Assembly (NCBI GenBank): GCA_951406725.2
Contig: OX597815.1
Coordinates: 84,072,001 to 84,136,000 of the forward strand
Length of the DNA: 64,000 nt
DNA from: Octopus vulgaris
Lineage: Eukaryota
Direction of reading: 5' to 3'
Shown: positions 1 to 15,343 of the stretch, piece after piece
How positions within the stretch are numbered: position 1 is the stretch's first letter
Layout: each line of letters begins with the position of its first letter
Program-made: the position numbers and the translations under genes
Notes under the pieces: model-generated
Seen by the model: the letters and a program-made list of their open reading frames with translations, nothing else
What the model was told of the DNA's origin: nothing
The model's database searches: none

Positions 1-241
1 TGTATGTATGTATGTATGTATGTATGTATGTATGTATGAATGAATGCACGTTTGCATGTATGTACGTACGTGCATGTATGTGAAAGTAAGTTTGCATATA
101 GATACATATATAAACTTGTGAATGTGTAATATTTTATCCGTGTGCATATATACCCAGACTATAACATTATCCATGACTTATATGCCCGTATTTTTATAGT
201 TACATGTATATATTCATGTGTATTAATGTGTGTGTGTGTGT

Positions 242-378
242 GAAATTCCGCTGGTATCGACTTTGCCTTACATCCTTTTAGGGTCGGTAAAAAAAGTACC
301 AATTGAGCGCTGGGTTCGATGTAATTGACTTACCCATCCCCTTAAACTACTGGCCCTGTGCCAAAAGTTGAAATCATT
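242..378 (+). mobile_element. SINE fragment (family S1, 3' half)
   Basis: Contains cgactttgccttacatccttttagggtcggtaaaaaaagtacc...gatgtaattgacttaccc...gccaaaagttgaaa. The same block recurs at about 8735-9030, 15715-15925 and, inverted, at 27713-27914. Confidence 0.75.
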
Positions 379-1407
379 ATCATAGCTATATTTGCATGTA
401 GCACAAATATGTATACAAGCATGTATATGAGAGGTAGTGAGTATTTGGACGCGTAGTAGGCTGACTATGTGCGCGTTTGTCTATGTATCTCTGTTAGCAG
501 TCTCAACAGCAGCTGCAGCAGGAGCAGCACCAGCATCAGTAGTAGCAGGAGCAGAATTATCATCATTAACATTTTATCTCTTTTTGTAGATATGTACATA
601 TGAGAAGCAGACGAAATTCCTAGATCACAAATACATTTCCGAATGTATTCTTCTGATGATTTCACAGTCCAGTACATTATTCTTGTACACTGTCCTTCAC
701 AAAGTAAACTAAGTTGATCAATACTTTTTCATTTCAGTTCACTGTCACTTTTACATCTTCTGCTGTCTAAATCAAATTATATAGTAATAGGTTTACAATC
801 ATGTGATTTCGCTTATTACCAAAGTGCGAAATCAATAATCGAAGGCTTTTACAGTTCACCAGTTAGTTAACTCGTTCCTGAATTGAATTCTGGGTAGTGT
901 TTCAAGATTGCAATTATGCCTGATCGTTATCGTCCTGAGCTTCGCTTGAGAAAGATAAATGAAATATAATCTATGTATTCAGATCTGGGTAGAAGTTTCA
1001 CCTCCAGTAGAGAGCATAAAACATCCGAGAGACCTCTAATTAAATGTCGTCTTAATGATATTCATCATTTATATCTAAGGATAACCCTCCACCCGTTGAT
1101 CTGCTCATCTCAAATTCCCTATGTCTATATTGCATCATAAATACAGCAATGCAGCTAATTGGGTTGTTTCTTTATATGTGAGACGTGTTCCATGGAAATA
1201 ATATCGATGAATGAGATCTATATATTCAACGAGGCAGTGATTCGGTACAGATTCGATATATGCGATATATGCACGCGCCATGTATCCTTGCTGATAGGTT
1301 TAATATATGTATATGTATGAGTGTGTATGTGTGTGTGTGGAGAGAGAATTAAATAGTTAGAAGGGGAGAAAAAAGATAGATTGATTGATTGACTGAGACA
1401 GTTTATA

Positions 1408-1440
<33 letters not shown>

Positions 1441-2289
1441 CGTATGTGTGTGTTTGTGTGTTTGTGCATGTGTGTATCTGTGTGTGCTTGTATTCATATA
1501 TCCATGTATACACATAAATGTATATGTAAATATGTATATATATATATACATGTATACAATATATATGCATATACATCCATACGTATTTATACACATATGT
1601 GTGTGTGCACAAGTGTGTGTGTGTTCCATAGTATGCGTGCATGCGTGCGAATGTTTGTGAACTTATGGAAATTCCTAAATAGTTATGAAGTTTATATGTG
1701 TATGCATCTTCGATGTTCGACTCTATCGCTACATGGAGTATGACAAGTCGTACTATATAATGAAAAGAAACGGTGAATAAAATTGTATGTGTCATGCATC
1801 CTATTGGTTAGTAGTACTTCTAGTAATGCAGACAAAAGCCAGTGGAGCTCACGACCAAGCAATGATTAACTAATGTGAGCTAGGATCCAGTAAAGATTTA
1901 ATCCAACATCATGTATTTCAGTATTCATTTTGCAATACCTGAACGATTGCCCAAGCATTAATCTTTGTGAAGCTATAGAATGAACTATCACCATTAACCC
2001 TCCCTACACACTTGCTCTCTCATGCATGCATGCACATCCAGATGGAAATGCGTATATATGGAATACACACCTACGTATCTACATATGTGCATGTGTGTGT
2101 GTATTCATACATCTATATATTGCCAGTCCTGTTCTTGGTACCACTTTCGCCCTGAGTAAAAAAATCCCAAATTTTATTTAATTTGCTTTGCGAGAAGGAC
2201 TGTTTCAACGAAGTCGCGTATTGTCTTTACCTTCTGAACGCGGAGTAGATGAAACAGGGACAACTGGTGAAGGGGAATGTTCTTTATGT

Positions 2290-2321
<32 letters not shown>

Positions 2322-2482
2322 TCAGCGTTCGTAATACTTTTTTTCGTTCGGCGTTAACAGAGAACCAGTGAATTTGTATCAAACTCTTTTGATCCATGCA
2401 TGTAACTCCTAAAAATGTGTCGCGTGCCTTTCTTTCGCTTGTCCACCCACTTGCATATACACCGCCACACACACGCACACAC

Positions 2483-2526
<44 letters not shown>

Positions 2527-2530
<4 letters not shown>

Positions 2531-3080
2531 AGAAATGTACAAAAAATCATGGATATACAAAACTTAGACGGTCGTATAAAAACATTACCATAATACCGAG
2601 TTCCTTCGTTAGGAGAAAAAATGGCAAGTAGCAGTTCACATCTTAATGTGTGACATTTAAATGTCCAATAGGAGAAGAGGAACTGAGATGTAAAAGGAAG
2701 AGAGAAGTAGGATGCAGTTTATTTAATGATGAGGAGCGGTGAAGTAGAGGAAATGCAAAAAGAAATAAGAAATACAAGTCGATGAGAGGGGAGGGGAGGG
2801 GAGTGAACGGAGGAGTGAACACAAATGAAAGTAATGAGTCAGAGGGAGGGTGGGAAGGGTAAGTTATGACACTATTAAGAAAAAGTCTCTGTTGGTGGTC
2901 GTGTATATCGTTAAGAAGATCTTCAATCAATCATGTATGGCTCAAGCTATAGATAACTACAGGAGGATGCAAGGAATGAAGTAGAGAAGAGGGGATGGGT
3001 GACGGAAGAGGAGAGTGCTAAGACAGGAAGGGGGTACATGGAGGATAGTTCTAGCGATTGAGAGAGAGAGATGGAATATG
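2527..3080 (-). mobile_element. Degenerate Penelope-like element fragment
   Basis: Minus strand is pyrimidine-rich (ORF 2643..2930, ...HDHQQRLF...), ends near a decayed hammerhead-like motif (ctaacgaaggaactcgg) and abuts (TA)n like the other PLE pieces. Family assignment is inference. Confidence 0.4.
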
Positions 3081-3618
3081 ATGCTTGTATACCATAAGTG
3101 GTAAGGTAGAGCTGAATCATAATTAGGAGAAATTATAGAGACTTTAATTAATGGGTAAACGGAAAGTTAGAATAGTACGGGTGAGTTTCACAGACAATGG
3201 ACTAGGATAAAGTATAGGGAATATTTCGGGAATTGAAGCCGTGTAAGTATGTTTCCAGAAAGGTAGAGTGTTTATAAGTTCAATTTGAGAATGAGTTCAT
3301 GTGATCCCGGTTGAAATCAACAGTACAGCCAATTTAGATCCTAGTATGTTAAGAACGTGCTGTTATTAGCCGGTATGTATGTATTACACCAATGGTGAGA
3401 CGTACGCAGAAGCTGAATGTTTACGCTGTTGTTTTGCTTAATTGTCCTTAAACATATCCTCTGTATATCATAACTAGTAATATCGTTAAGTACAGTGTTC
3501 GATTAACTACTACACCTGAAGCTGACTTTATAATGACAATCTATGTGGAGCTCTAACTCATACAGCAGTAGAGGTAAATTTAACTTTAGACATAAGATAT
3601 ATACATACATACATACAT

Positions 3619-3714
<96 letters not shown>

Positions 3715-3872
3715 GAGTGTATATATATGTGTTGGGTATATATGTATACAAATATATAGGGTAATAGACAGGTACATATAATGTTATAAATATAATATAT
3801 ATACATATATATATATACATAAATGCAACTGCACACACATATACACATACTCATAGACGTGTCGATTGCTAG

Positions 3873-3918
<46 letters not shown>

Positions 3919-4472
3919 GGTAGGGGGCAGACAGACAGACAGACAGGTAGGCAGGCAGGTAGACATACAGACAGAGAGAGAGAGATATAAAGACAGATTG
4001 AAATTTCAATATAAGCGATATAAAATTGCCGAAAAGGTCATTTTCAAAACAAGAAATAAATGGAAGTAAATAATTAAAAGATGTAAAATACAACCAAAAC
4101 TGTATTCCATAGTAAATAAGTTGAATCGTTATTGCATTACCACAAAACAAAAATAGAATTTTTTTTTCCTCTGGCTTATTGTTTATTTTCTATATTTATT
4201 CTTTTGTTTTTCAAAATTCGAAAATATTTGAGAAAACATCTTCATAAAAGCCAGTTCCACACCCATACCCATGCTTCTACCTATACATATTCCTGCTTAA
4301 TTAAAGACTATTGCTTTACAATTTCATTCACGATGGATTTACCGATATTTTGTTCACATATGTTTAAGCATTTTTTTTTAAAGACTTGTGTTTTCGTTCT
4401 TTGTTTACGAATGCCGTGAAGAATACATTCTAATGTTTGTTTCATTTGTATACATACATACATGCGTACATA

Positions 4473-4504
<32 letters not shown>

Positions 4505-4698
4505 CACGCGCGCACACACATACACATCACACATATCTCACACATCACACACAGATATAGATAGTCATGTGTTCATATATCAAATTACATGAATGCATAT
4601 ATCTACGCATATGTATTGTATAATGTATATTTACATGTACATAGATAAAAATATATGTATATATATATATATACATATATATATATACATTATATGCA

Positions 4699-4749
<51 letters not shown>

Positions 4750-5687
4750 ATACGTACATACATACATACATACATACATACATACATACATACATACATA
4801 CATACATACATACATACATACATAATTACACGTAGGTATGTACATATAGATATATAGGTATACATACACACAATAACATATAACGAGAGAGAGAGAGAGA
4901 GAGAGAAGGAAAACGAGAATTTTTTTAATATATATTTCTCATTACTATAATCTGTAAGTAGATTTGTCAATTTTATTGTTTGCCGCTTTTGTTATTTTTG
5001 GACATTTGCAGCCACTTGAGAAACTTCCTTGTCGTATTTAGAACACTTTTTATATTTTTTTTTATCAATTATTGAGTTTGTTGCAGTCACTGTTCTTGCT
5101 TACTCATTTTGCTATGCATTGGTTGTGGGTACTGTTATGATGGTGACGTTTGCTTTATTTTTTCTGGTTGTAGCGATATCACTGTCTCTGTTGTCGCCAC
5201 TGCGCTTCTTAATCGTGAAGATGATAGACGTTGAAAATGTTGATTTTTATCGTTGCCTATGAATGGCGCATCTTACTAATTCTACTTTTGTTGATTAGAT
5301 ATGTTGGTGTACAACGGTGGTGTTGTTAGAAATAGTTTTAGTGAAGATTTTGGAGCTCGTGGTTGTTGCAAGGGATAGTAGTGATGAAGAAAAAAACCCC
5401 AGCTGCACATGGTTTGTGGTGATCATGTTGGCGTTGATGATGATGAGGAGGGGAGGAAAAGGAGGAGGAGGAAGGGGAGGAGGACGAGGTGGATAATGAT
5501 GGGAGAGACAAGAATTGACTAGATTGGTTAATAGCTTCTTATTTTGTATTTTTCTCCGCAGCGGACTTTATGTAAACTCCAACATAAATCGTAACTCATC
5601 TTTGTAACGTTCCTCTCCCCGACGCCCCTGTAGCAAATAAAACAAATTATTATTATTGTTATTATTGTTGTTGTTGTTGTTGTTATA

Positions 5688-6478
5688 TGAAAACTCACAG
5701 CTTATTTTGCTGAGTATGATGGAATGTGTCAGCTGTCCACAGCCAGCAGACTAAGGTGACACTTGTTTACTAGTCATGCTTCAAGAACCTTGCAAAGAAT
5801 TCTTGCAGTTCCAAGTAATGCTGATTTTTGTAGGTGTTCTACCTTCACACTTGCACCAATCATTTTCAGCCACGTTGTTGAGGGTTGATACTTCCAAGTG
5901 CACCAATTACTATTGGCTAGGGTTACTCTCTTCATTGCTCACAACTTCGTGTTTTCTATTTCAAATCGTTCATGTCGTTTATTTTACTTCTTTCACATTG
6001 ATACTCTTATCACTGGAGCGTACTATACAGATTATCATACGTGTTGTTCCTTTTCTTCACAACAATGTCCGGTTTCCGATGTCTGGTCGGGTGATCGCAC
6101 TGGATCATTGCATCCTACAGGATTTTGCTATTCTCATCTTCGGTGACTCCTTCTGGAGATGGCTCATATCACGTCGTTACTCTTTGTAGACCATGATTTC
6201 CACAGAGCTCCCAATGGATCTTCTTGTCACATTGCATAGTGTCTTTTGTATTCGCGTTGTGCCTGTTTTGGGCATTTGCTAACAATGTGCCATACCGTTC
6301 CACCCCTCTGACCACACATTCTGCATTTGTCGCTATTACTAGTGTTGTATATTCTGAACTTCATATAATTGGCCCATAACGCTTATTCCTGAGCTGCGCA
6401 TATGAGTGCTTCTGTCTCTTTAGGTCATTCCTCTTGATTCATAGCCACCGGTCCTCTGTATCCGCACTTCTTGAGTCG
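5688..6478 (-). mobile_element. R4/Dong-type LINE, 5'-truncated 3' fragment (family A), decayed
   Basis: Minus strand ends ...VEHLQKSALLGTARILCKVLEA*, with upstream CRMC..ETVWHIVSKC zinc knuckle and RPD motif. Flanked by (TTA/TTG)n and (TTA)n. Confidence 0.85.
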
Positions 6479-6480
6479 AA

Positions 6481-7092
<612 letters not shown>

Positions 7093-7099
7093 CTTCATA

Positions 7100-8730
7100 A
7101 TCAGTAGTTTTAGTTTTATTACGTGCTGTCGCTGCACTACCGAACGCAGCTCTGTGTACTTCGGATATCTGCCATGGCTTGTTTGTTCCTATATTGGAAG
7201 TGCTTTACGTAAGATGTATACAGTACCTGGCAATGCTATTTTCTTTATATTATATATATTCCTAAGTTTTCGTATTTGTCTGTGTTTTTTTTTTGTCTGC
7301 ATACCTAATGTCCTTATTTCTATCTTCAAGACCGACATTCGAGTGATCCCTGTTTCCAGATCTTTTTATTTCGAGAGTTTCTCCATTTCCATTAGAAATA
7401 CATTTTTATCTGTTGGGATTAAAATGTCGATAAGAAGGCATTCTTCTTCCATGGTGGTGCCTAACAACAATATCTGCCCTATTAATCCTGTGTGTATTGG
7501 CATATCTCAGAGTATAGTTGCTTTGTCCTTTTCTGACACCTTTTCAGATGTATGTCTATGCCCAGTTTTCCTGTTGTCATTCTGTAGTGCTGGTGCAACG
7601 CCCAGTGTATATATGTCCCGACTTTGTAATGTCTGTGGATATATTCCTTCTTGGCAAGGACTGAGCAAACGGAGACAATACGATTTGTTGTTTATACCGC
7701 ATCTCTACATATTCTGCAGTTACGTTTTGTATTTTTATTCCTTATGTGGTTTTGATGGAGGCATTTCTCCAATATTGTTGGGATTTTAGTTTGTCCATTT
7801 TTTTTCTGTTTACCTTATCCTGTTATTTGCCACGCAAGGGCTTTTCTTGCCATAGTTTTAGCATGGCATTTTGTAGTTCCAGTTTTAGCTTAGATCTTAG
7901 TTGCTTTACAGCTTTTGATATTTTTCTTTTCCTTCATATTCTTAGATATTATGAACTCTTCCTTGTATTTTTCGGCATCTTTGAAGACATTAAATATTTT
8001 TTTTTCCTTTGCTTATGCTTTGTGTCTACTGGTATCAGTTTTCCATCTTTCTGACTTTTTACATTTCTGCAGTCCTTTGATGTCTATTTTATAGAAGTTT
8101 TCTAATTATATAAGGTCTTTACCACCTTCAAGTCGTTAAATGTATAAGCGTCCTATATCAGATTTTGGGTGGTGTATTCTAAATTCCGTCATTACCTTTG
8201 TTGTTTTCCTCTCGAATTTGATTAGTTCATTTAGTTTACAATTAAGAATGTTGAAACTGTAACTTATAACTGAGATAACTTGAGTATCGATACTTATCAT
8301 CTTATATTTCGCATTGAGCTCCGTTTCAGTACTTAACCTAACTCGTCTATAGTATTTTCTTATCTTTTCTTTCAATTCTGTGCGTTGTACTGTATCTAGT
8401 TCATTGATTTCTAAGTACTTGTATGTCTCAATTTGGTCTAGTTTGCTTATTTCATTTCCTTGATCAAGTGTGAGATTATTATTCTTAGTTTTCCTCTTTT
8501 CAAGGTTACTTTAGCACATTTTTCTAGGTCAAATTTCATATTTATTTGTTTGGTACATCCGTATGCAATGTTTCCAGTTATTTATCATTTGCAACATACA
8601 GCTTGAGATCATCCGTATACAAAAGATGGTTGATTGTTTACCATAGCAGTTGTGTCACAGCCAATTCAGCTTAGCATGTCGGTTAAAGACATTAGTGCCC
8701 GACAGGAAAGGAGTAGAGAGAATGTGTTCA
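7100..8730 (-). mobile_element. R4/Dong-type LINE, older family-B-like copy (RT C-terminus to endonuclease), pseudogenised
   Basis: 3' UTR resembles family B (cactaccgaacgcagctctgtgtac). ORF 8136..8375 (KEKIRKYYRRVRL..ELNAKYK...HHPKSDIGRLY) parallels the 55162..57027 protein. Many stops and frameshifts. Confidence 0.85.
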
Positions 8731-8732
8731 AA

Positions 8733-9030
8733 TACCGACGAGGTTGACTTTGCTTTCATCATTTCGGAGTCGATAAAAGAAGTATCAGCAGGCTACTAGG
8801 TTGTTGTTACTGTTGTTGTTGAGGTTGTTGTTGTTGTTGTTAATGCAGCCGAACTAGCAGGATTTTTAACGTGCTGGAGGAATTTCTTTGGGTCCTTACG
8901 TTCTGAGTTCAAATGCCGCTGACGTCACGTCTACCTATCAAATTTTCGGCGTCGATAAAAATAAGTAACAATTGATCACTGTAGCTTATGTAATGGACAT
9001 CGCCCTTCCTTTGTACCAAAATTTAAAAGA
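8733..9030 (+). mobile_element. Two decayed family-S1 SINE fragments
   Basis: gactttgctttcatcatttcggagtcgataaaa, and acgttctgagttcaaatgccg...gtcgataaaaataagta, match the other S1 copies. Confidence 0.6.
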
Positions 9031-10294
9031 ATAATATTAATATAACTATTGTTTTTGTTTTTTTAATTTTTCCTTAGTTTTGTTATTGTTATTTTTAAGG
9101 TGCATGGAGAAAGATGGTATTTATACTGACACAATTTTGGTATCATGGAAAGACGTTAAATGGTACGTTCTTGGCTTATTCAACATTTTGTAATGTTTGA
9201 AACGTGCTCTAGATAAACACAATTTACAGATAAAAAAAATAAAGTGATGAGATCAAAAGGTAAAGCAAACGAGACAGGTAGAGAGACAAACCTACTGGCA
9301 GGCAGACAGACAAAGAGACATGTTGAGAGATAGGCAGACAGAATGTACACACGTAAACAAATAGATTTAAAAATAAAGGAAGGGAAGGGTTAAGCAGAGT
9401 GGAAGAAAAGCAGTGAATGTGGGAAAAACATGCCAGAAGAATTCATGGAATGCGTTAGCGTATCGACTGTTCAAATCTAGTAGCAATAATTGCTTTTAAT
9501 GTCTGTTGCGGTTGTTTGTCTTTGAAACTGTAGTATCTTAATTGAAGTTACTTACCTACGCTCGCTGGATTACTTAATACTAGACGTAAGTGAGAAAACA
9601 AATATGCTTGGTTAGATTTCGCTATTCAGACATGTAATTTGTGGAATATTTGCTTATGTGAGAGTTGTAAAATAGAATGTACATAGACGATGTAAAAGAA
9701 GGGGAAAAAAACCACGAAAAGACAAAAGGAAATGTGAATAATAGTAGCTAGCGTGATTGGGATGGCGGTGATGGAGAGGAGGTGGTGGTGTCGTTCGTGC
9801 TGGTACTGGTGCCGGTGCTGGTAATGATGATAACGGTAGTGATAGTGGCGATGGGGGGAAAGCAGGGTAAATAATGGTACTCTTAGTTGCTGTCGTAATA
9901 GTAGTGAAATAACAGCTTGTAGAAGTGAAGAAATGGGACAGACATGAGACAAACTATGCGCTGTTATTGTTTTTGATTAGCTTGAAGTCAACTTTGATCG
10001 ACCCGACCTACGGTCAAACACATTTCTGAAAGGATGAATGCTTACTTTTTGTGGGATGGGATCTATCTTCCTTTATATTATCTAATCTGTGCGGTTCAGT
10101 TTGTACGACGTTTCTCTGAAATTCGAAGGAAGTATTTGATGTTATATCCAGTTGCTGAAATTTCCTTTGAATCATAGCCAAGTATTCATATAACAATCTT
10201 TGGTGCTGGTTCATGAAACTGTCCACCTTGTAAGCGATGATAGAAGTACAATATGAGAGAGTGGTGTTAACGGTGTTAATGTTGTTTTTTATAA

Positions 10295-12140
10295 CACTGG
10301 TCAACAGCCAATTTTCATCAGGGATATTATATGGTGATTTATATGTAGTTTCGTTCGCAGATTTCAAAAATGTAATAGGTTTCCTGCTATCAGGCACAGT
10401 TTTTTCTGATGAGATAAGAGAGGTATATATCTCCCATCAGCAGTATCGCTTCACGTAAACGTCTTATATAGGTAAATTCTAACTTCTGTTTTATAACCAT
10501 TTGTATTCATTTTGCAATTTTATGTTTTCATAGTCTTTTTTTTTTTCATGAATTTTACTTTCTGTTTAAGGTGCCCAGTCATCATCATCATCAAATTCTA
10601 CTCAGGATGTCAAGGCATTGCAAGAACAGTCCTGATATATTTTGTCATGTCTGTGGTTCATTTACCACCAAAGCTCAGCAACATGCCATCACAAGTGAAA
10701 TCAAGATCTACCAGTTATACTTTGGCTGCTCTCTCGGGGATCAAGATAAGAGTTGGGCCTTGCACATCATCTGCTCAGATTGTTCAAATGGACTAAGGGG
10801 TTGGCTAAATAAGAGGAAGAGAGCAATGCCATTTGCAATAGCTATGGTATGGAGAGAGCCAAAGGATCATTTCATGGACTGTTATTTCTGCAGCGTTAAT
10901 GTATGCGGGTTTACTGTAAAGACCAAGCATAAGATTGTGTATCCCAACTTGGAATCAGCAAGAAAACCAGTACCACACAACGATGATGATCTTCCTATTC
11001 CAATACCACCAGAAAATAGCCTTCAGATATCTGACGAAGATGTATTTCCTGGAGAAAATACTACTACTGTGGAAGACACCGAAGTGGATGCAGATTTCAC
11101 GATTGAAAATGAAGACGTGCCACAGAAATTAAATGATTTAGTTAGAGACTTGTCATTGTTGAAGGATAAAGCTGAACTATTAGCGTCTCGCCTACAAGAA
11201 AAGTGTCTGCTTAAGAAAGATGTTTGTATTACTCATTTCAGGAAGAGAAATAGGGATCTGACTTCATGCTTCTCTGTTGATGGACCACTTTGTTTCAGTA
11301 ATAACAGTGATGAGTTATTTCGCTCTTAGTTCCAAGAGCATATTCCAGCTGAATGGCGCTTATTCATCTAAGAGGAACTTCAATGCAGCACTACTACACA
11401 ACGGCAATAAGAAACCATCCATTCCCATAGGACATTCAGTGCACATGAAGGAGTGTTATGAAAACATGCTAGTTACTCCTCAATATCATAAAGTATACAA
11501 ACTACAGCTGGAAAATATGTGGAGACTTGAAGGTGATTGGAATGTTGGTGGGAATGCAATTTAGATTCACGAAATATTGTTACTGTTTATGCCTATGGGA
11601 CAGTCGTGTAAATAACAAGCACTATGTGCAATCAGAGTGGCCTTTGCGAAACTCATATGAGCCTGGAGTTTCTAGCGTCCAGAGTAAGCCACCTTCAAAC
11701 TCAGAAAATGTCTTCCCCCTCTTCACATAAAGCTTGGCCTCATAAAACAATTCGTGAAGACACTTGCCAGGAAAAGCTCAAAAGGTTTTGAATATGTGAA
11801 GGCCAAAGTTTCAAAAATCACCGAGGCAAAACCGAAGGAGGGCGTATTCATGGGTCCGCAGATGAAAGAACTTCCTCAAAGCACTAGATGAGATTGAGCT
11901 TAAATCCTAGGAATCCTTCAATTAGCTCTGTGAAAATTTCCCAGGCAACAAGAGATCTCTAGTGTTTAGAGATGGAGTGAAATATCTTCTAGACTCCTAT
12001 GCTGCAAGTATCATTAACATGAAAATGTGACCTGATAGAGGAAATTGGACTTCAGATTTATAATCAGCATAAAAAATTAACCCAGAAAAGCCAATCAGCA
12101 ACTCTGAGGATTAAAAAAAGTTTCATTTTGTTGGCCAGTG
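10295..12140 (+). mobile_element. Chapaev3 (CMC superfamily) DNA transposon with both ends
   Basis: TIRs CACTGGTCAACA (10295-10306) and TGTTGGCCAGTG (12129-12140) match 11/12. 3-bp TSD TAA at 10292-10294 and 12141-12143. Subterminal inverted motif at 10387-10403 / 12022-12038. Transposase remnant inside. Confidence 0.88.
10607..12005 (+). pseudogene. Chapaev3 transposase pseudogene
   Basis: MSRHCKNSPDIFCHVCG...YFGCSLGDQDKSWALHIICSDC...MPFAIAMVWREPKDHFMDCYFC, then LLHNGNKKPSIPIGHS and DLKVIGML..Q..FTKYCYCLCLWDSR. Stop at 11327-11329 followed by frameshifts. The C-terminus appears deleted. Confidence 0.85.
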
Positions 12141-14313
12141 TAATTGGTGTTGCAGGGACCCGTCACAAATAATGTGACAAATTGATGGTGCTGTAGTTTT
12201 AGTGATGTTCATGTGGTTATTGTGGTAAGAAATGTAGTTACAGCGATGGTGGTGCTACTGTTGTATGTATTGATGCTGTGGAAGTAGAGTGGTGATATGT
12301 GGTTGTGTTTTGATGAGAAAATTTCGTGACTAATAATTTGACATATTTAGGACCCATTCGCAATTGCTGACAGATATCGCTTTCGAACTGTAAGAACGGG
12401 GGTACGACTTCAGTTAAATGGAAGAGGGCGAATGTCGTAGGAAGATGAGTGGCATGGAGTTCGATGCAGAGAATCCCTCATCGATACACTTAAATACACA
12501 CAGACACAGACAGACGCACATACACACACACACACGCACACGAATATGGGTGTGTGTGTGTGTGTGTGTGTGTACTTGGTAAGGTCATATATTTTGGAAT
12601 GTTATATCAACCTTTTTTGAGCAGTCCCCATTTCATTGACAGAGGAAAAAAATGAAAGGTATAGAAAGACTCTGATAGAAATTCAGCTCCAAATTTTTAA
12701 AGCTCGTTTTCATTTAAGGTAAATTAGCAAATAAACACGTGTTTAATGTATATAGCAGACTGGTAAAAATTGAGTTGCGATGGATTCTGATTACAGCATG
12801 TATGTAGTTTTCACTGGTGACATTATTTGTAACGTGTTAAAACTATTCTATATTCTCAGATCGGCCACGATTGGAGAGATATCTAAGCGATGTTCCTCCA
12901 GCTGTGATCTGTCTGGTTTTCGAACATATCTCATTCACTATGTTATTCCGCTTTTATGATGGTGGTCTCTAATATAAGAAAGAACTGACTGAAGAAATCA
13001 AAAATAAGTGAAGAAATCAAAAATAATTTGTCTATTGAATATTGGGTGGATATACAGTAGTTGGGCAACTGATTCAAACTAAATATCGCTTGACCAATAA
13101 TATTTCTCTGCTGGGAATTTCATCTATCGACTTTTAAAGAGACCAGGGTAATCCCAATACACTTTTCCCCTCTGATGCAGAAGTTCCACTCTGCACGACA
13201 TGCTAAGGAACTGAATTTGGCAAGTGGATTTTGGACTTAATAATTTATGCAGTGAATCACTGATTTGAAAATATAGATCGTTCTAAGAGACCATATATCC
13301 AATGATGTTATTGCTTACGCATGCGTAATTTTCTACCATGTTGTAACTTTTTATTCCTACGTGTACAGGGCCATTTTAAATTTCCAGTTACAAGATATGG
13401 AATGGCGATCTCTGTTTAAATGCTCCTTATAGGATTGGCTATGCAATCTCCTTTTATATTTACTTATATATTTATATAAATATTTATGTTATATATTGAT
13501 ATAATATGTATTATTTATATGAATAACTTTTGCATGTCTAGCATATGTTTATATACGCACAGCTTTCATAAATTCAATTTGCTTACGGAAGGTTTGCCTT
13601 TGAAATTTCAGAATAACCATGCTCAACCAAATGCATTTTATCCCATTTATTGCATTTGCAAAATCAACTAAAAAAACCTAACTAATCAGAGCGGGTAGTT
13701 TCTATCACTACTTGAACGATTTCGCCACGCTGAACATCATTCACTAGGAAAGAAATTCTACTTTGTTTCCACCAAGTAGACACTGCGTCTTCAAACTAAA
13801 ATCCTAAATCAATTCCATTTACCTTTGCTATTGGCTTGTAAATGTAACACAGGAAGGTTCGTGAAATAAATTGCAAATGTTCCTTTCAGTTCGCTTTTAA
13901 TTTATTTATATACATTTTCTTTACTTACAACGAAAAAAATGCGAAATATATCAAAATACGCTACTGTTAGTTGTGGGGGGGAGGGTGCGCTTTTTGCAAA
14001 TAAGAATGCTCACCGCTGTAAAAGATGAAGCATTTGAAAATTTTGAGACAATTGTTCAATCCTAAAAGATGAATTATTTTCCAATTTCTAAGTGCCATTG
14101 TCACCAGCCATTATGTGAAAAGAAGGCAAAAAAGAATTCACAATTCTCAAGTTATTTCAAAAAGTGATTCTCAATGTTATCAAAGAAAGCGGTTATAAAT
14201 ATATATATATATATATACAGTGCATATGCACATGTGTGTGTATGTGTGTGCGTGTGTGTACTATTTACTTTCCGTAGTAAATAAGGATCTCGTGAAAGTA
14301 TCATGCAATCATG

Positions 14314-14372
<59 letters not shown>

Positions 14373-14886
14373 CATATATACATACATACACACATGTATA
14401 GATATATATGTATGTATGTATGTCTATATATACATATATACATATATATATGTGTATGTATATATATGTATGTATGTATGTATATGTATATGTATATATG
14501 TGTGTGTATTTATGTGTCAGTGTGCGTGTGTGTATATGTATATAAGTATGTATCTATGTAGGTAGGTAGGTAGATAGGTAGGGAGGGAGGTAGGGGGAGC
14601 TGAAGTAGTAGATAGCTATGTAGTTGTGTAGCTAGATAATATGAAACATTGTTGAGGAATAAAATGTCATACAGAAAATATTCAGGGAATAAAGAATACA
14701 AATATATGCAATAGAGTTACATATGTATACTGTAGATGATATTGACATCTAATTTTCATGAAATCTAGGTTGACAAACTGTTTGAAAAATTTACAAGACG
14801 TATAAGCACAAGAAGTCTATCTGAAAGTATAGCAAATAGTCCTAATTCTTGGAATAGGGAAAATCGCTTACGATAAAGTCAAATTA

Positions 14887-15046
14887 CAGGAGCTTGCTTC
14901 CCAACCACGTAATTCCTCGCATAGTCCCACTGTGTGGCACCCTGGGTAAGTCTCTTTTACTGTAGTTTCCTGCCGACCAAAGTGGATTTGGTGGACGGAA
15001 ACTGAAAGAAGCCCATCGTATATATACATGTATATATCTACGTCTG

Positions 15047-15114
<68 letters not shown>

Positions 15115-15343
15115 TGTGCCTGTGTGTCTGTGCGTGTGTGTCTGTGTGTGTGTGTTTGTCTGTTTTTCACTTGACAACTAGCTACGTCCCCGTAAATGAG
15201 CAGTTCGGAGAAAGAAACCAAAAGTATAAGTACCAGGTTTTAAAAGAAATATGTCCTAGGATCGATTTCTTCGACTAAAATCTTTCATGTCGGTGCCAGT
15301 CTTGGCCGCAATAAAATAACTGAAACAAGTAAAAGATAAAAGA
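14887..15343 (+). mobile_element. tRNA-type SINE (family S2) with internal (TG)n
   Basis: Collinear with the 50110-50515 copy: gcttcccaaccac...cccactgtgtggcacc...ggaaactgaaagaagcccatcgtata (TG)n ...cttcgactaaa...aactgaaacaagtaaaagataaaaga. Confidence 0.85.

Noticed and set aside
1218-4970. Many 60-140-aa ORFs rich in YI, CV, HT or MYVC repeats (also at 14.2-15.3, 24.8-25.3, 29-31, 34-38 and 47 kb)
   Set aside because: These are translations of stop-free di- and tetranucleotide microsatellites.
7154-8054. Plus-strand 211-aa and 102-aa ORFs (and similar ones at 5776, 55191-56080 and 58526-59010)
   Set aside because: They are antisense shadows of minus-strand LINE coding sequence.
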